From: Octopus sinensis
Lineage: Eukaryota
DNA: 64,000 bases
Direction: 5' to 3'
Assembly: GCF_006345805.1 (NCBI RefSeq)
Contig: NC_043006.1
Span: 105,400,001-105,464,000 of the forward strand
Positions within the stretch are counted from its first letter, which is position 1. Each line of letters begins with the position of its first letter. This document shows positions 39,777 through 51,004 of this stretch, piece by piece. A program made the position numbers and the translations under genes. The notes under the pieces were generated by a model. The model had not been told where the DNA came from. It saw only the letters and a list, made by a program, of their open reading frames with translations, and did no database searches.

Positions 39777-39856
39777 GCCTTAGTGCGGAAACATATGTAG
39801 AAAACAATAAAAAGAAATTTTGTTAAATCTTCGTTCAGCTCCATTTCTTCCTACAC

Positions 39857-39899
<43 letters not shown>

Positions 39900-39939
39900 G
39901 CATATATTTATGATGTATATATATGTATATTTGTATATG

Positions 39940-39971
<32 letters not shown>

Positions 39972-40937
39972 ATGCATGCATATACTGTATGAGAGGACCC
40001 ATGGCCTAATGTTGAGGGTGCTGCACTCGCGATCAAAAGATTGTGGTTTCAATTCTTAGATCGGATGAAGCGTTTTGTTCTGGTGCAAAACCCTTCATCT
40101 CCCGTTCCTGTGCGATCACATCGACAATGGACATGTGGAGCATTCCGTGCACCTGTCCAGGCAACGTTGATTGGATGCATTATCTGAACGCTCACGAGTC
40201 CCCATCAGCAAATACGGAACGCTAATATTTGCCAAATTTTATTGAGTGAAAATATAGAAACGTGTTCAGAAAATGTTTTCCTTTCCAGAAACTACATGAC
40301 ACATGTGGGGTTGGAAGAAAATTAAAAGAAAAACATTCTTTTAAAATGTTCAAACTTGTTCTGAACGGAAATAACAACAATAATGTAACAACCAGTTAAG
40401 AATGTGGATTAAAATTATATCTTTAACATAAGTATAACATGAGTATAAGCAAATTACAGAAGAATCCCACCAATCGAAATAAAAATGATCGAAAATCACT
40501 CGTGAACCATTATATATAAACCGGAAGCTAATTGGTTAAAATAAAGGCGGAATCTATGCCAGTAATATCGGTGCGTTCGGCAAACGCTGGAGTTTAAACT
40601 GCATGTGGATTGGTCAAAACCGTATTCCAAAATTTCAGCTTTTTGGAGCCTTCTAAGAGGTATAAAAAAAAAAGAAGTCAGTCAATTTACTATAGTTGTC
40701 AAGAAGTCAACTGTCAGTTAAATGCATTTTGAAATCTGATGATTACTATGAACGTATGAACTTTATGCTAATTGAACTTTATGAACATTACCAATATATT
40801 TTTTAATGCTTAAGACACTTCAACATTGTAAAAAACTTTTTTTTAAATACAATAATAAAAAAAAAACGTGAAAACCACGTTTTCTTCAGCTGATATATTT
40901 TTCTATACAGATTTGCACAAATTCGGAAAATATCCTC

Positions 40938-41090
40938 CCAGGCACAAGTCCGGGCAAGGTTATTTATGGAAGACCAGCAGTCGCCTATGCATACCGGCCT
41001 CCCCTCTCCACGCCACCAGTGTTATCGAAGGGAAAGGCAAAGGGGTCAATACGTCTGGGCACGTGTGACATCGCAACTTCTTTCTACACA
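40938..41090 (-). mobile_element. SINE family C 3' fragment
   Basis: GGCACAAGTCCGGGCAAGG...GACCAGCAGTCGCCTATGCATACC matches 44.5 kb. Confidence 0.7.
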
Positions 41091-41106
41091 TGTACATATA
41101 TATATA

Positions 41107-41267
41107 TATATAATATTATTAGAGACAAAATCACTATTTTGCAAAACAAACAAGGAAAGACTTAATCAATACATAAAATTTTAATAACATTAAAATTTTA
41201 TGTATTGATTAAGCATTTCCTTGTTTGTTTTGCAAAATAGTGGTTTTGTCTCTAATAATATTATATA
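41107..41267. repeat. Near-perfect palindrome (79-bp arms, AAC loop)
   Basis: About 3 mismatches; centre at 41186-41188. Confidence 0.92.
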
Positions 41268-41345
41268 ATATTTTACTATAAAATTGGATTTAATCCTAAA
41301 TCTGATTTTTTCCCTGTAAATTTGGATTTATTCCCTAATATTTAT

Positions 41346-41404
<59 letters not shown>

Positions 41405-41422
41405 TGTGTGTGTGTGTGTGTG

Positions 41423-41663
41423 GAGTCGCAATGGCCTAGGGGTTAGGGCAGCGGACTTGCGGTCGTAGGATCGCGGTTTCGATTCCCAGACCGGGCGTTG
41501 TGTGTCTTTATTGAGCGAAAACACCTAAAAGCTCCACGAGGCTCTGGCATGGGGTGGTAATCCCTGCTGTACTCTTTCACCACTCTTTCTCTCACTCTTT
41601 CTTCAGTTGGCCTGCTCGCTTAGCCAGCGGGGTGGCGTCATTCGAAGGCTAAAACAATGCGAA
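41423..41663 (+). mobile_element. SINE family D (tRNA-like head)
   Basis: GCAATGGCCTAGGGGTTAGGGCAGCGGAC...GGTTTCGATTCCC; homologous to 55812-56061. Confidence 0.8.
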
Positions 41664-42127
41664 CCAGACCATCTGATGGTCTGGTATATTTATATATATA
41701 TATATATACGTAAATATATATACACACATATGTATATGCACATACACACATATATACATGTATACACACGCATATACGAGTGAGCAGATAAACGAAAGAA
41801 GAGCACTTAACATATTTATTGGCAGTTACATGTATAGATAAAAACAATTTGATTCAGTATTTTATTGATTTTTCTGAAGGATAACAAAAATAAAAAAAAA
41901 GCAACTGCCCAAATCCTTGTGATTTAAGACAACGATTCACGGATTAGCTTCCTAATCATGCATATATAAGATTCGCCACCGGATTTGAGAATATCATCTT
42001 AGCTTCAATGGCGCTGAAGAAACCTATTGATATAATGATATATTGACATTAGGTAGAATAACAAAGCGTTTTCATATAATGTATATGCGTGTGTTTAGTT
42101 TATGTTTTCTTATATATATTCTTTTAC

Positions 42128-42335
42128 ACATTTCAGTCTTTCGACTACGGCCATGCTGGAGCACCGCATTAAAGGGTTTTAACCGACGAAATCGATCGAG
42201 GACTTATTCTTTCTTAGCCTAGTACTTATCCTATCGGTCCATTTTGCCGAACCGTAAAGTTACGGGGACGTAAGCACACCAACACCAGTTGTCCCGTGAT
42301 GGGGGTGGGGTGACCAACTCAGACACAAAGACACA
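42128..42335 (-). mobile_element. SINE family B 3' half
   Basis: TTTCAGTC...GGCCATGCTGGAGCACCGC on the plus strand. Confidence 0.75.
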
Positions 42336-42635
42336 TCGATAAATAAATAAGTCAACATTTTAATATCCTAAAGTTGATGAACTAATTAACGTTCTTCTCC
42401 ATTTTCTTATTTGTATTATAAATTAATGGTAAAATATTTCTTTACCTTCACCCATTTAATACAACAAGTAAGTTAATTGCATTGCAATTAAAACACTGGT
42501 GTATTAATAATTGGGTTATTATACCAACTGTATATTGGATAAGTATTATCCCTTAGTGGGTTGGATCCACAACCCCTAACTGTGTACAATTAGGGGTTGT
42601 ATATGACGTGTAGTGAATTTAAGGGGGAAAATTCT

Positions 42636-42960
42636 ATAAAACTCATCAATCTAGTTTAAAATGGAGAAGACATGTTGTTAAAATATATAACAGAATTTTA
42701 ATTCATGCAGACGATGGTTTCGTAGATATAAAAATCATGCAAATTCATGATTGAATTGAACTTGATTAAATTGATTAAATAAATTAATATACATATGTAA
42801 TTAATTCATTTAGTTAATTAATTCAATCTAATTCAGTTTAACTATGAATTTGCATGATTTATATATCTCTGTACGAAACGATCGTCTGCATGAATTAAAA
42901 TTCACTTACGTATTTCAACAATTTGTCTTCTCCTTTTTTAACTAAATTGTTGAGTTTTAT
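42636..42960. repeat. Imperfect fold-back palindrome (~160-bp arms)
   Basis: TTTTAATTCATGCAGACGAT/ATCGTCTGCATGAATTAAAA and ATAAAACTCA/TGAGTTTTAT pair across a centre near 42800. Confidence 0.85.
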
Positions 42961-42999
42961 GTGATTTCTTTCCATAAATTCACCACACACACACACACA

Positions 43000-43081
<82 letters not shown>

Positions 43082-43082
43082 C

Positions 43083-43223
43083 GTCAGGCTTCTTTCAGTT
43101 TCTGTCTACTAAATCCATTCACAAGGCTTTGATCGATCCATGCTATAGTAGAAAACACACGCCCTAGGTCACATGCAGTGGGACTGAACCTGGAACCATG
43201 TGGCTGGGAAGCAAGCTTCTTAC
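43083..43223 (-). mobile_element. SINE family B 5' half
   Basis: GGCTTCTTTCAGTTTC...CCACACAGCCACGCCTGCGCC. Confidence 0.8.
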
Positions 43224-44430
43224 CACACAGCCACGCCTGCGCCTAAATTTAGTTAGATAGATGTACGTATACATACATACATACATACATACATACATAC
43301 ATACATACATACATACATGCATACATACAACATAGATGCATATATATATACATACATACATACATACATAGATGCATATACATACATACATACATGATAT
43401 AATTGCTAAATGGAAGAAAAACGAGAGATTCGTGTCGTCACTTAGGAAAATATTATGTATGATGATCACGTGTATTTAGTTTTACCTTTCTTTTCTTCCG
43501 CTACGCCAATATTTGTATATATGCGAAAAAAATACCAAAATTAAGGAATGGAGTAGATAAAATCAAGACTATATATATTTCATAGCGGAACCTCGGAAGT
43601 AATAATTATCCAAGCGAGGCGTACACCGTAGACTACTCTTTAGACCAAGGGTGTGTTGATTATATGAAGCTTATATTTCCGTTAGGAGACCCATGTTAAC
43701 ACGAGGAGTATTCGATCAAAATGCCCATAAAATATTTTTTTTTTCAACTTAGATTGGTACGGGAAAAATTTACTACCTTCCGCCCCAACAAACCACTATT
43801 GTTCATGAAAGCTGCTTGAAACTCACTTACTTACTACACTTTGATCCTTGGATCTTACCTTTATATATATATATTCATCTTTTCCTTGTTTCAATCAGCA
43901 GACTGCGACTATGCCGGGAAATCTCCTTCCAGAACAATAGTCTCTTTTGTCGAACCGCTAAGTTATGGGGGCATAAACGCACTAATACTGGTTCTCATTT
44001 GGTGGTGCGGGATAAATACAGAAAACAAATGTGTGTGTATATATGTGTGTGTTTGATGAGTGGATTGAAGGATGGATGGATAAAGAATAAAATTTGGCAG
44101 CTTGGCAGAATCATCAGAACGCTGAGCAGAATACCACTCGATATTAAGTTACGGCGCTTTTAATTTCATATTTGAAATATATTAAAATCGAAGCAAATTG
44201 ATAGTATATAGCACTACGATGGAGTTCTATTCCTATAATACAGTGGTTCTAAACCATTTTATGCCCATAGAACCCTTTCATTCCTATTCTTTGCCTCTAG
44301 ACCACTTTGGTTCCTATTTTTTGTCTCTGGGCTCTTTTAATTCCTATATTTCTCAAGGAGTGGGACCTGTTGTAATGATACGAAACTAAATGTACTTAGT
44401 TTTCACACACATACATTAAATCAAAAGTTA

Positions 44431-44756
44431 AAGACCCTATTCGGTCACGAATGCATGGGGCTGTACCTAGGAAGTCGACCCTCGAGGCACACAGCCAGGC
44501 AAGGTTGTTTGTAGATGACCAACAGCCGCCCATGCATACCAGTCTCCGACACGCGACGGATTTTGTCCAAGGAAAAGACAGAAGCCGATACGTCTTGGCA
44601 CCAGTGACGTCGTAACTCATTTCTACGAGTGAACTGGAGCAACGTGAAATAAAGTGTCTTGTTCAAGAACACAGCACACAACCTAGTTCGGGAATCAAAC
44701 TCACAACCGCACGATTGTAAGCCCGACTCTCTAACCACTGTGCCATGCGCCTTCAT
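44431..44756 (-). mobile_element. SINE family C, full length
   Basis: Reverse complement of the 38040 copy from tail AAGACCC..CGGTCACGAATG to head GCCATGCGCCTTC. Confidence 0.85.
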
Positions 44757-45021
44757 ACAAACACACACACACACATACACTTTCAATCCCTTTCCTTCTG
44801 TCACTCTCTGCTTTTTGTGCAATAAACTTAGTACGTATGTGTTCCACCCGATCCACCCGTCGCCCACTTCTTTCATTTCTGCCGCGCTCCATCACCCACA
44901 CATTCCACAAATTGCTTTCCCCCATTCTTCTCTTAATACTAGCTGAACTTTCTACAGTTGCCATCTCCCATCCTAAGTTGCACCAAACTACATGCGTTAA
45001 AGCTAAACCTCAGCCGTACCA

Positions 45022-45086
45022 ACAGAATAATTATTTCGGCAGCTGGACCAGTTACACCAGATGTTTACATCAACCTCATCAGCTGC
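45022..45086 (-). ncRNA. Candidate type I hammerhead (AUU triplet)
   Basis: Minus strand reads GCAG-CTGATGA-GG...CC-GAAA-T-AATT-ATT^CTGT. Stem I is 4 bp, stem III is the palindrome ATAATTAT, and stem II is only 2 bp at its base with an inner GATG/CATC hairpin. Confidence 0.5.
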
Positions 45087-46293
45087 ATACAATTCAAGGA
45101 ACACTAGACAGTAGATATTTGAAACTTCTTGTCATAATGCTAAAATTCATGTCAACAAGGCAGCTTCAACTTACTTTTAATAGTAGCTAATATCTACCTC
45201 AATAACATTGATAAAGCTGAAAAACGGAAACATTTTGGATAAAGCATATCTAGATACACTATGTATAAAAACAAACGATAAGATGGTCACAACTGTATGC
45301 ATGTATATATGAGAGTATATTAGCTTATATGTTGATATGTATATATGGATATATGCACGCTTGTATGGAGGCATATATGATCCAAATAGATGATCCAAAT
45401 ATATAATAAGGTATCTACGGAGGTGTATGCATTTATGTACTTATAGACTTAGGTATATTAGCATGTATGTGTTCATGAACGATGACGCGAATGTGTATGT
45501 AAGACTCTACGTATGTATATGTGTGTGTATGTGTGTGTGTGTGTGTTTAAAACGTGTATATATGCATGCATTGATGTATGTATATAAACACGCATGAATG
45601 ATTCATGCATGAATGTAGATATGAATACAAATATATATAGTGAGAGATAGGTAAACAGAGAGAGAGAGGAAGAAAGATAGACAAGCAGAAAGATATATTC
45701 ATGTATGTATGTGTGTATGTATGTATGTATGTATTTATGTATGTTTGTATGTATGTATGCAAGTATATATGTAATAATGTTTTATATAAGTGTGTTTGTA
45801 GATAAGCACGTTTGTGCGTAAGTGTAGAACGGAGGCTAATCTGTTCAATCAAGTCTAATCTCCAGCTAGATAAGAACAACAAAGAACAACAAAAAAGAGT
45901 AACAACAACAAAATTCCTCCATTATGAGTTCATTGTGGAATCAAGTAAATGTCAATACATGTCAATCGTAATGGTTGAATGTAAAGCCTGTGTCAGCGAA
46001 GCTTGGCTGCAGTAAACCATGAAATCGCGCTGAGTTAGTCAAAAGTTCGCACCGGCTACAGTTTTTCCAGTTGCACGCACCATTTACCGACAGATTTGAA
46101 GATAATCACAGCATGGGCGGTACAATGACAAATTGACGTACTCCAACATTATTTCCTCTGACTTTTACAAGACAACAGAACATATATGCATATATTTATA
46201 TATAGGTATCCATACGTACCTATATATATATAAAACATATATATATATATATACATGTATAAAACATATATATATATATATATACATGTATAT

Positions 46294-46539
46294 GAAGGAG
46301 ATCTAATTCTCGCCGACAACTATGATTGTCACACGCTGACGAGAGGTCAATACCTCGAAACTCGAGTCCGTGTGTATCATAAGTTGAAGACGGGAAGGAT
46401 GACTTCCCTTTGCAAATACTGACAGGACACAGAAAGTGTGTCTATGGCCAGCTGGAGGAGTGTGTCCTCCTGGGGCTAAAAACTACAGTAGCATCCACCT
46501 TAGGGGTAGCCATATTGAGATGGCAAATATACGTCACGA
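46294..46539 (+). mobile_element. ~246-bp structured hammerhead-bearing element inside (TA)n; solo Penelope pseudo-LTR or retrozyme monomer
   Basis: GC-balanced island bounded by TA repeats. It contains the hammerhead plus hairpins GGGAAG/CTTCCC (46392-46408), GACACA/TGTGTC (46426-46442), GGAGGA/TCCTCC (46454-46470) and GCCAT/ATGGC (46509-46524). Confidence 0.6.
46330..46374 (+). ncRNA. Intact minimal type I hammerhead ribozyme
   Basis: CACACG-CTGACGA-GAGG-tcaata-CCTC-GAAA-C-TCGA-GTC^CGTGTG. Stem I has 6 perfect bp, extendable via ATGAT/ATCAT and CAACT/AGTTG. Stem II is 4 bp, stem III is the palindrome ACTCGAGT, and the GUC triplet is at 46366-46368. Confidence 0.92.
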
Positions 46540-46566
46540 TATATATATATATTTATACATATATAT

Positions 46567-46646
<80 letters not shown>

Positions 46647-46793
46647 AATATAAGAGAGTGGTCACTATATGGCTCACTCTAGCACCAGTTAATCCAAAAG
46701 GTTTCAATCACGAAAATACATGTTCCCATGAAAGTCAGTACGATTGTTAGCTCACACGGACAGGGCAAATAAAAAATAACAAAAATACAGATT

Positions 46794-46877
46794 ATTTTGG
46801 ACAATTGTTTCGCTATTAATGAATTAAATGTAATTTTACTTACAAAAAAAATCCATTTGTAGCTCGTCAGCCAAAAC
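46794..46877 (-). ncRNA. Type I hammerhead ribozyme, array unit 1
   Basis: Minus strand reads gttttgg-CTGACGA-GCTA-(44-nt extension)-TAGC-GAAA-C-AATT-GTC^caaaat. The core CUGANGA and GAAA, stem II, 2-bp stem III with palindromic AATT loop and GUC cleavage triplet (after 46800) are all present. Stem I has one bulged G. Confidence 0.8.
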
Positions 46878-47325
46878 TATCTGGATGAAATCCACTCAAT
46901 CACACGCCAGATTTTACCATAACGATAAATACGCGTGTGGTTCAATTGATTACATCCGACGTTATAATTCAAATGCCCCAACTAACAGCGCGCCAAACTT
47001 TCACGGAAAACAAATACAGCTTTAGAAATAAATGCAGCATAATTATAATTAATTAATAAGGGTGAGAGAATTAGATACTAATTTAAAGTATATCTATTCA
47101 ACACCAAGTGGCCTAGTGCTCCGAGAAACCTGGATTATTATAATATTTTATAACATATATAATATTTTTACAAAATAAATATAAGAGAGTGGTCACTATA
47201 TGGCTCACTCTAGCACCAGTTAATCCAAAAGGTTTCAACCACGAAAATACATGTTTCCATGAAAGTCAGTACGATTGTTAGCTCACACGGACAGGGCATA
47301 AAAAAAAATAACAAAAATACAGATT

Positions 47326-47408
47326 ATTTTGGACAATGTTTCGCTATTAATGAATTAAATGTAATTTTACTTACAAAAAAAATCCATTTGTAGCTCGTCA
47401 GCCAAAAC
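47326..47408 (-). ncRNA. Type I hammerhead ribozyme, array unit 2
   Basis: Same motif as unit 1; loop III reads ATT (1-nt deletion). Predicted cleavage after 47332. Confidence 0.72.
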
Positions 47409-47865
47409 TATCTGGATGAAATCCACTCAATCACACGCCAGATTTTACCATAACGATAAAACGCGTTGTGGTTCAATTGATTACATCCAACGTTATAATT
47501 CAAATGCCCCAACTAACAGCGCGCCAAACTTTCACGGAAAACAAATACAGCATTTAGAAATAAATGCAGCATAATTATAATTAATTAATAAGGGTGAGAG
47601 AATTGAGAGATAGAACTAATTTAATAGTATATCTATTCAACACCAAGTGGCCTAGTGCTCCGAGAAACCTGGATTATTATAATATTTTATAACATATTAT
47701 AATATTTTTACAAAATAAATATAAGAGAGTGGTCACTATATGGCTCACTCTAGCACCAGTTAATCCAAAAGGTTTCAACCACGAAAATACATGTTTCCCA
47801 TGAAAGTCAGTACGATTGTTAGCTCACACGGACAGGGCAAATAAAAAATAACAAAAATACAGATT

Positions 47866-47947
47866 ATTTTGGACATTGTTTCGCTATTAATGAATAAATG
47901 TAATTTTACTTACAAAAAAAATCCATTTGTAGCTCGTCAGCCAAAAC
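47866..47947 (-). ncRNA. Type I hammerhead ribozyme, array unit 3
   Basis: Same motif; loop III reads AAT (a different 1-nt deletion). Predicted cleavage after 47872. Confidence 0.72.
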
Positions 47948-48399
47948 TATCTGGATGAAATCCACTCATCACAATCACACCAGATTTTACCATAACGATA
48001 AATACGCGTGTGGTTCATTGATTACATCCAACGTTATAATTCAAATGCCCCAACTAACAGCGCGCCAAACTTTCACGGAAAACAAATACAGCATTTAGAA
48101 ATAAATGCAGCATAATTATAATTAATTAATAAGGGTGAGAGAATTAGATACTAATTTAATAGTATATCTATTCAACACCAAGTGGCCTAGTGCTCCGAGA
48201 AACCTGGATTATTATAATATTTTATAACATATTATAATATTTTTACAAAATAAATATAAGAGAGTGGTCACTATATGCTCACTCTAGCACCAGTTAATCC
48301 AAAAGGTTTCAACCACGAAAATACATGTTTCCCATGAAAGTCAGTACGATTGTTAGCTCACACGGACAGGGCAAATAAAAAATAACAAAAATACAGATT

Positions 48400-48483
48400 A
48401 TTTTGGACAATTGTTTCGCTATTAATGAATTAAATGTAATTTTACTTACAAAAAAAATCCATTTGTAGCTCGTCAGCCAAAAC
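48400..48483 (-). ncRNA. Type I hammerhead ribozyme, array unit 4
   Basis: Same motif with intact AATT loop III. Predicted cleavage after 48406. Confidence 0.8.
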
Positions 48484-48565
48484 TATCTGGATGAAATCCA
48501 CTCAATCACATGTGTGTATATATATGTATGTATATACATATATGTGCATATTACATATATACCTG

Positions 48566-48596
<31 letters not shown>

Positions 48597-48711
48597 TTTA
48601 TATATACGTATATATATATATATGTATATATATATATAATATCTCTATAGATATATATATAGTACATACATATATATATATAGATGCATATGAATATATA
48701 TATATATTCAT

Positions 48712-49187
48712 ATGAAAAACATCATGAAAATTCATGAATTGATCTGTGAGGACCGTCACCGAACAATTGAGAAACTTGTTGATATGACTGTTGTGTCGTG
48801 GAGCTCCTTTCAACGAATTTTGAGCGAAGAATTGCGAATGAAAAGCGTTGCAGCAAAATTTGTGTCTCGCTTGTTCGCAGAACGTAAAAATCAGTCAGGA
48901 CCGAATGCTTGTCGTGAACTGAAAGACCAGTTGGTAGTTGATCCGCACCGTTTTTCGAAGGTCATCAGCGTTGACGAAAATTGGTGCTACAGAATTCACA
49001 GATGTGGAAGAGGGGAAAAGAAAACTTCGCAAGAGTCCCAGCACTGCTTCCAAAAGTGGAAAACGTGTCTGGACTGATGCATTTCTTGAAATGAAGAAAA
49101 CTTTGAAAGCGAGAAAAGTGTAAATATGGAAAACTAAGTGACTAAAATCACACTGCAAAATTCCGGTTTTCTTTGGGTACCCTCTCG
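48712..49187 (+). mobile_element. Mariner fragment (second family), internally deleted, 3' TIR retained
   Basis: ORF EDRHRTIEKLVDM...ILSEELRMKSVAAKFVSRL...KVISVDENWCY covers the HTH and first catalytic D region. It ends TTCCGGTTTTCTTTGGGTACCCTCTCG followed by TA. Confidence 0.8.
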
Positions 49188-49244
49188 TACATGCACACAT
49201 ACGTACAAACATATAATACACCCATATATGTATATATATGCATA

Positions 49245-49960
49245 CGTGGTCTGATCAATAAGTATTCGGAGTGTTGCCATAGTAACGAAGCTAAAGAACT
49301 CAGAGTGAAGCCACTTGGCACAAGCTGACGCTGAACTATGCTCCGAATGCGGAGGAGTTTTAACGTTCCAGATCACTTTCGCTGTTTACAGCATTCTTTG
49401 GAAAGAAAGTGTGTAGCATGTGATCGTTGCATTGCCCATGACAAAGTTGTCATGGCGATACTTGCTCAGAGGCCCATGCAAAGTTACAGAAAATGTATGG
49501 AGAGAAGTGTATGAGCTACACACAAGTGTACGAGAGGTTCAGACGTTTCCAAGATGTCTGAAAAAATGTCGTTAGTAACGAACGTTCCGGGAGACATCGC
49601 AGATGTGAGTGCAGCTGTGAGGGGAAATCGAATCCCCATCCGTTAGTTATCAGAGGATGTGTAGGTTAGCTACGGTTCAGTCCAGTCCATTATCACTGAT
49701 GATTTGGTTATGAGACGCGTGTATGCCAAGTTTGTTCCAAAACTGCTATCAGCTGACCAAAGGGACACTCGGATTTCAGTTGCACAAGCTCTGTTTGATT
49801 GTGTAAAGAAGGATGAAAACTTTTTGAAAACTCTGCGTAGACCTCTGAGCAGGTATGGCCAAGCTTTTGGCAAAATTTGATGCAGGTTCTCTGCCCAAGT
49901 TTGTCATGGTCAATGTGACGATCACATGCTACACACCTGAAAGTTTAGCATACAAGTACA
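49245..49960 (+). mobile_element. Non-autonomous fold-back mariner derivative (second copy)
   Basis: TIR CGTGGTCTGATCAATAAGTATTCGGA and the same inversion junction as the 26-kb copy. GTCATGGTCAATGTGACGATCACATGCTACACAC is the reverse complement of the sequence near 49410-49443. Confidence 0.8.
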
Positions 49961-50059
49961 TATGCACATGTGAAGACCTCCAAATTTTTTAATGAGAATG
50001 AATACATAAAACATATATTGATGAAATATTACCATCAAAACATCAAACCATCTGTCAAG

Positions 50060-50510
50060 TGTAGGTCTACACGGTTATTGAAAAGAAAAATTATGTACTG
50101 TAATAGAGGTCAGCTGTCCTGTTGATGTGAATATCTCTCAGAAAATCAAAGTGAAAGGTTCATATTTTTTCTCTTTGATTTTCAAAGAGATATTCCCATC
50201 TACTTCGACACCTCTAGTTTCTATATCCGAATTACGATACCAATGCATTAATACCAATAACTGGATCACTTGGTTTTGTAAGTAAATGCCTATCTGTCAG
50301 TATGGATAAGCTTGGATTTGCAGAAAAAAAATCAAGCAGGTGATTTGCACATTATAAATACTATCTGTAAGCGGAACAGTAATACTATGCAAGACTTTTC
50401 TCGGGTTTAAAATGGGAAAGTGCTTTCGTTATCTACGCTCCAAAGAAGGATCATTGTATCATTGTTACAAACCAGATCTTTCTTCAGAGACGAATCTAAA
50501 ACAAAAGAGA
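50060..50510 (+). mobile_element. RLE-type LINE 3' fragment (second family)
   Basis: KEKLCTVIEVSCPVDVNISQKIK and IPITGSLGFVSKCL frames; the 3' end runs into (GATA)n. Confidence 0.65.
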
Positions 50511-50512
50511 CG

Positions 50513-50630
<118 letters not shown>

Positions 50631-50875
50631 CATGATGGCTGCCCCCTCGTTATAGAGTATGGTCATTGCACGAAGTTTAACTGTTATAGGTGCTGTGATC
50701 GAATGTGATTTTTAGCCCAGCTAAAGATCTACAATGTCTTGTACAGAATTGGCAACTAAAACCTTTACTGGCGTTGTAAGTGGGCTTCATGTACCTTTGC
50801 ATGTCGTTTAAGTTCTTCTGCCGAATTACACTCTCTTCCACATGCCTAACAGATATGATTAGTATGGTGTGTAAG
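50631..50875 (-). mobile_element. RTE-clade LINE 3' end
   Basis: Minus frame FSCQFCTRHCRSLAGLK is a C-terminal C2H2-like finger. The tail GAGGGGGCAGCCATCATG runs into (TATC)n. Confidence 0.7.
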
Positions 50876-51004
50876 ATAGATACATACATATATACATACA
50901 TACATACATGCATGCATGCATACATTCATACATACATACATACATACATACATACATACATACATACATACATACATACATACATACATACATACATACA
51001 TACA

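Larger units (their letters stand above)
46641..48510 (-). repeat. Tandem array of ~535-bp non-coding units (3.5 copies), each with a hammerhead ribozyme; retrozyme-like or tandem Penelope pseudo-LTR
   Basis: The anchor TAAGAGAGTGGTCACTAT recurs at 46651, 47182, 47722 and 48257 (periods 531, 540, 535). Copies differ mainly by 1-nt indels. The ORF track has no ORF of 60 aa or more inside the array. Flanks are (TA)n on the left and TG/TA repeats on the right. Confidence 0.93.

Noticed and set aside
42569-42620. Helitron 3' end
   Set aside because: The hairpin is not followed by a CTRR terminus.
47172-48250. 1-nt differences between array units as real divergence
   Set aside because: They are mostly scattered single-base indels typical of unpolished long-read consensus, so they were not interpreted biologically.
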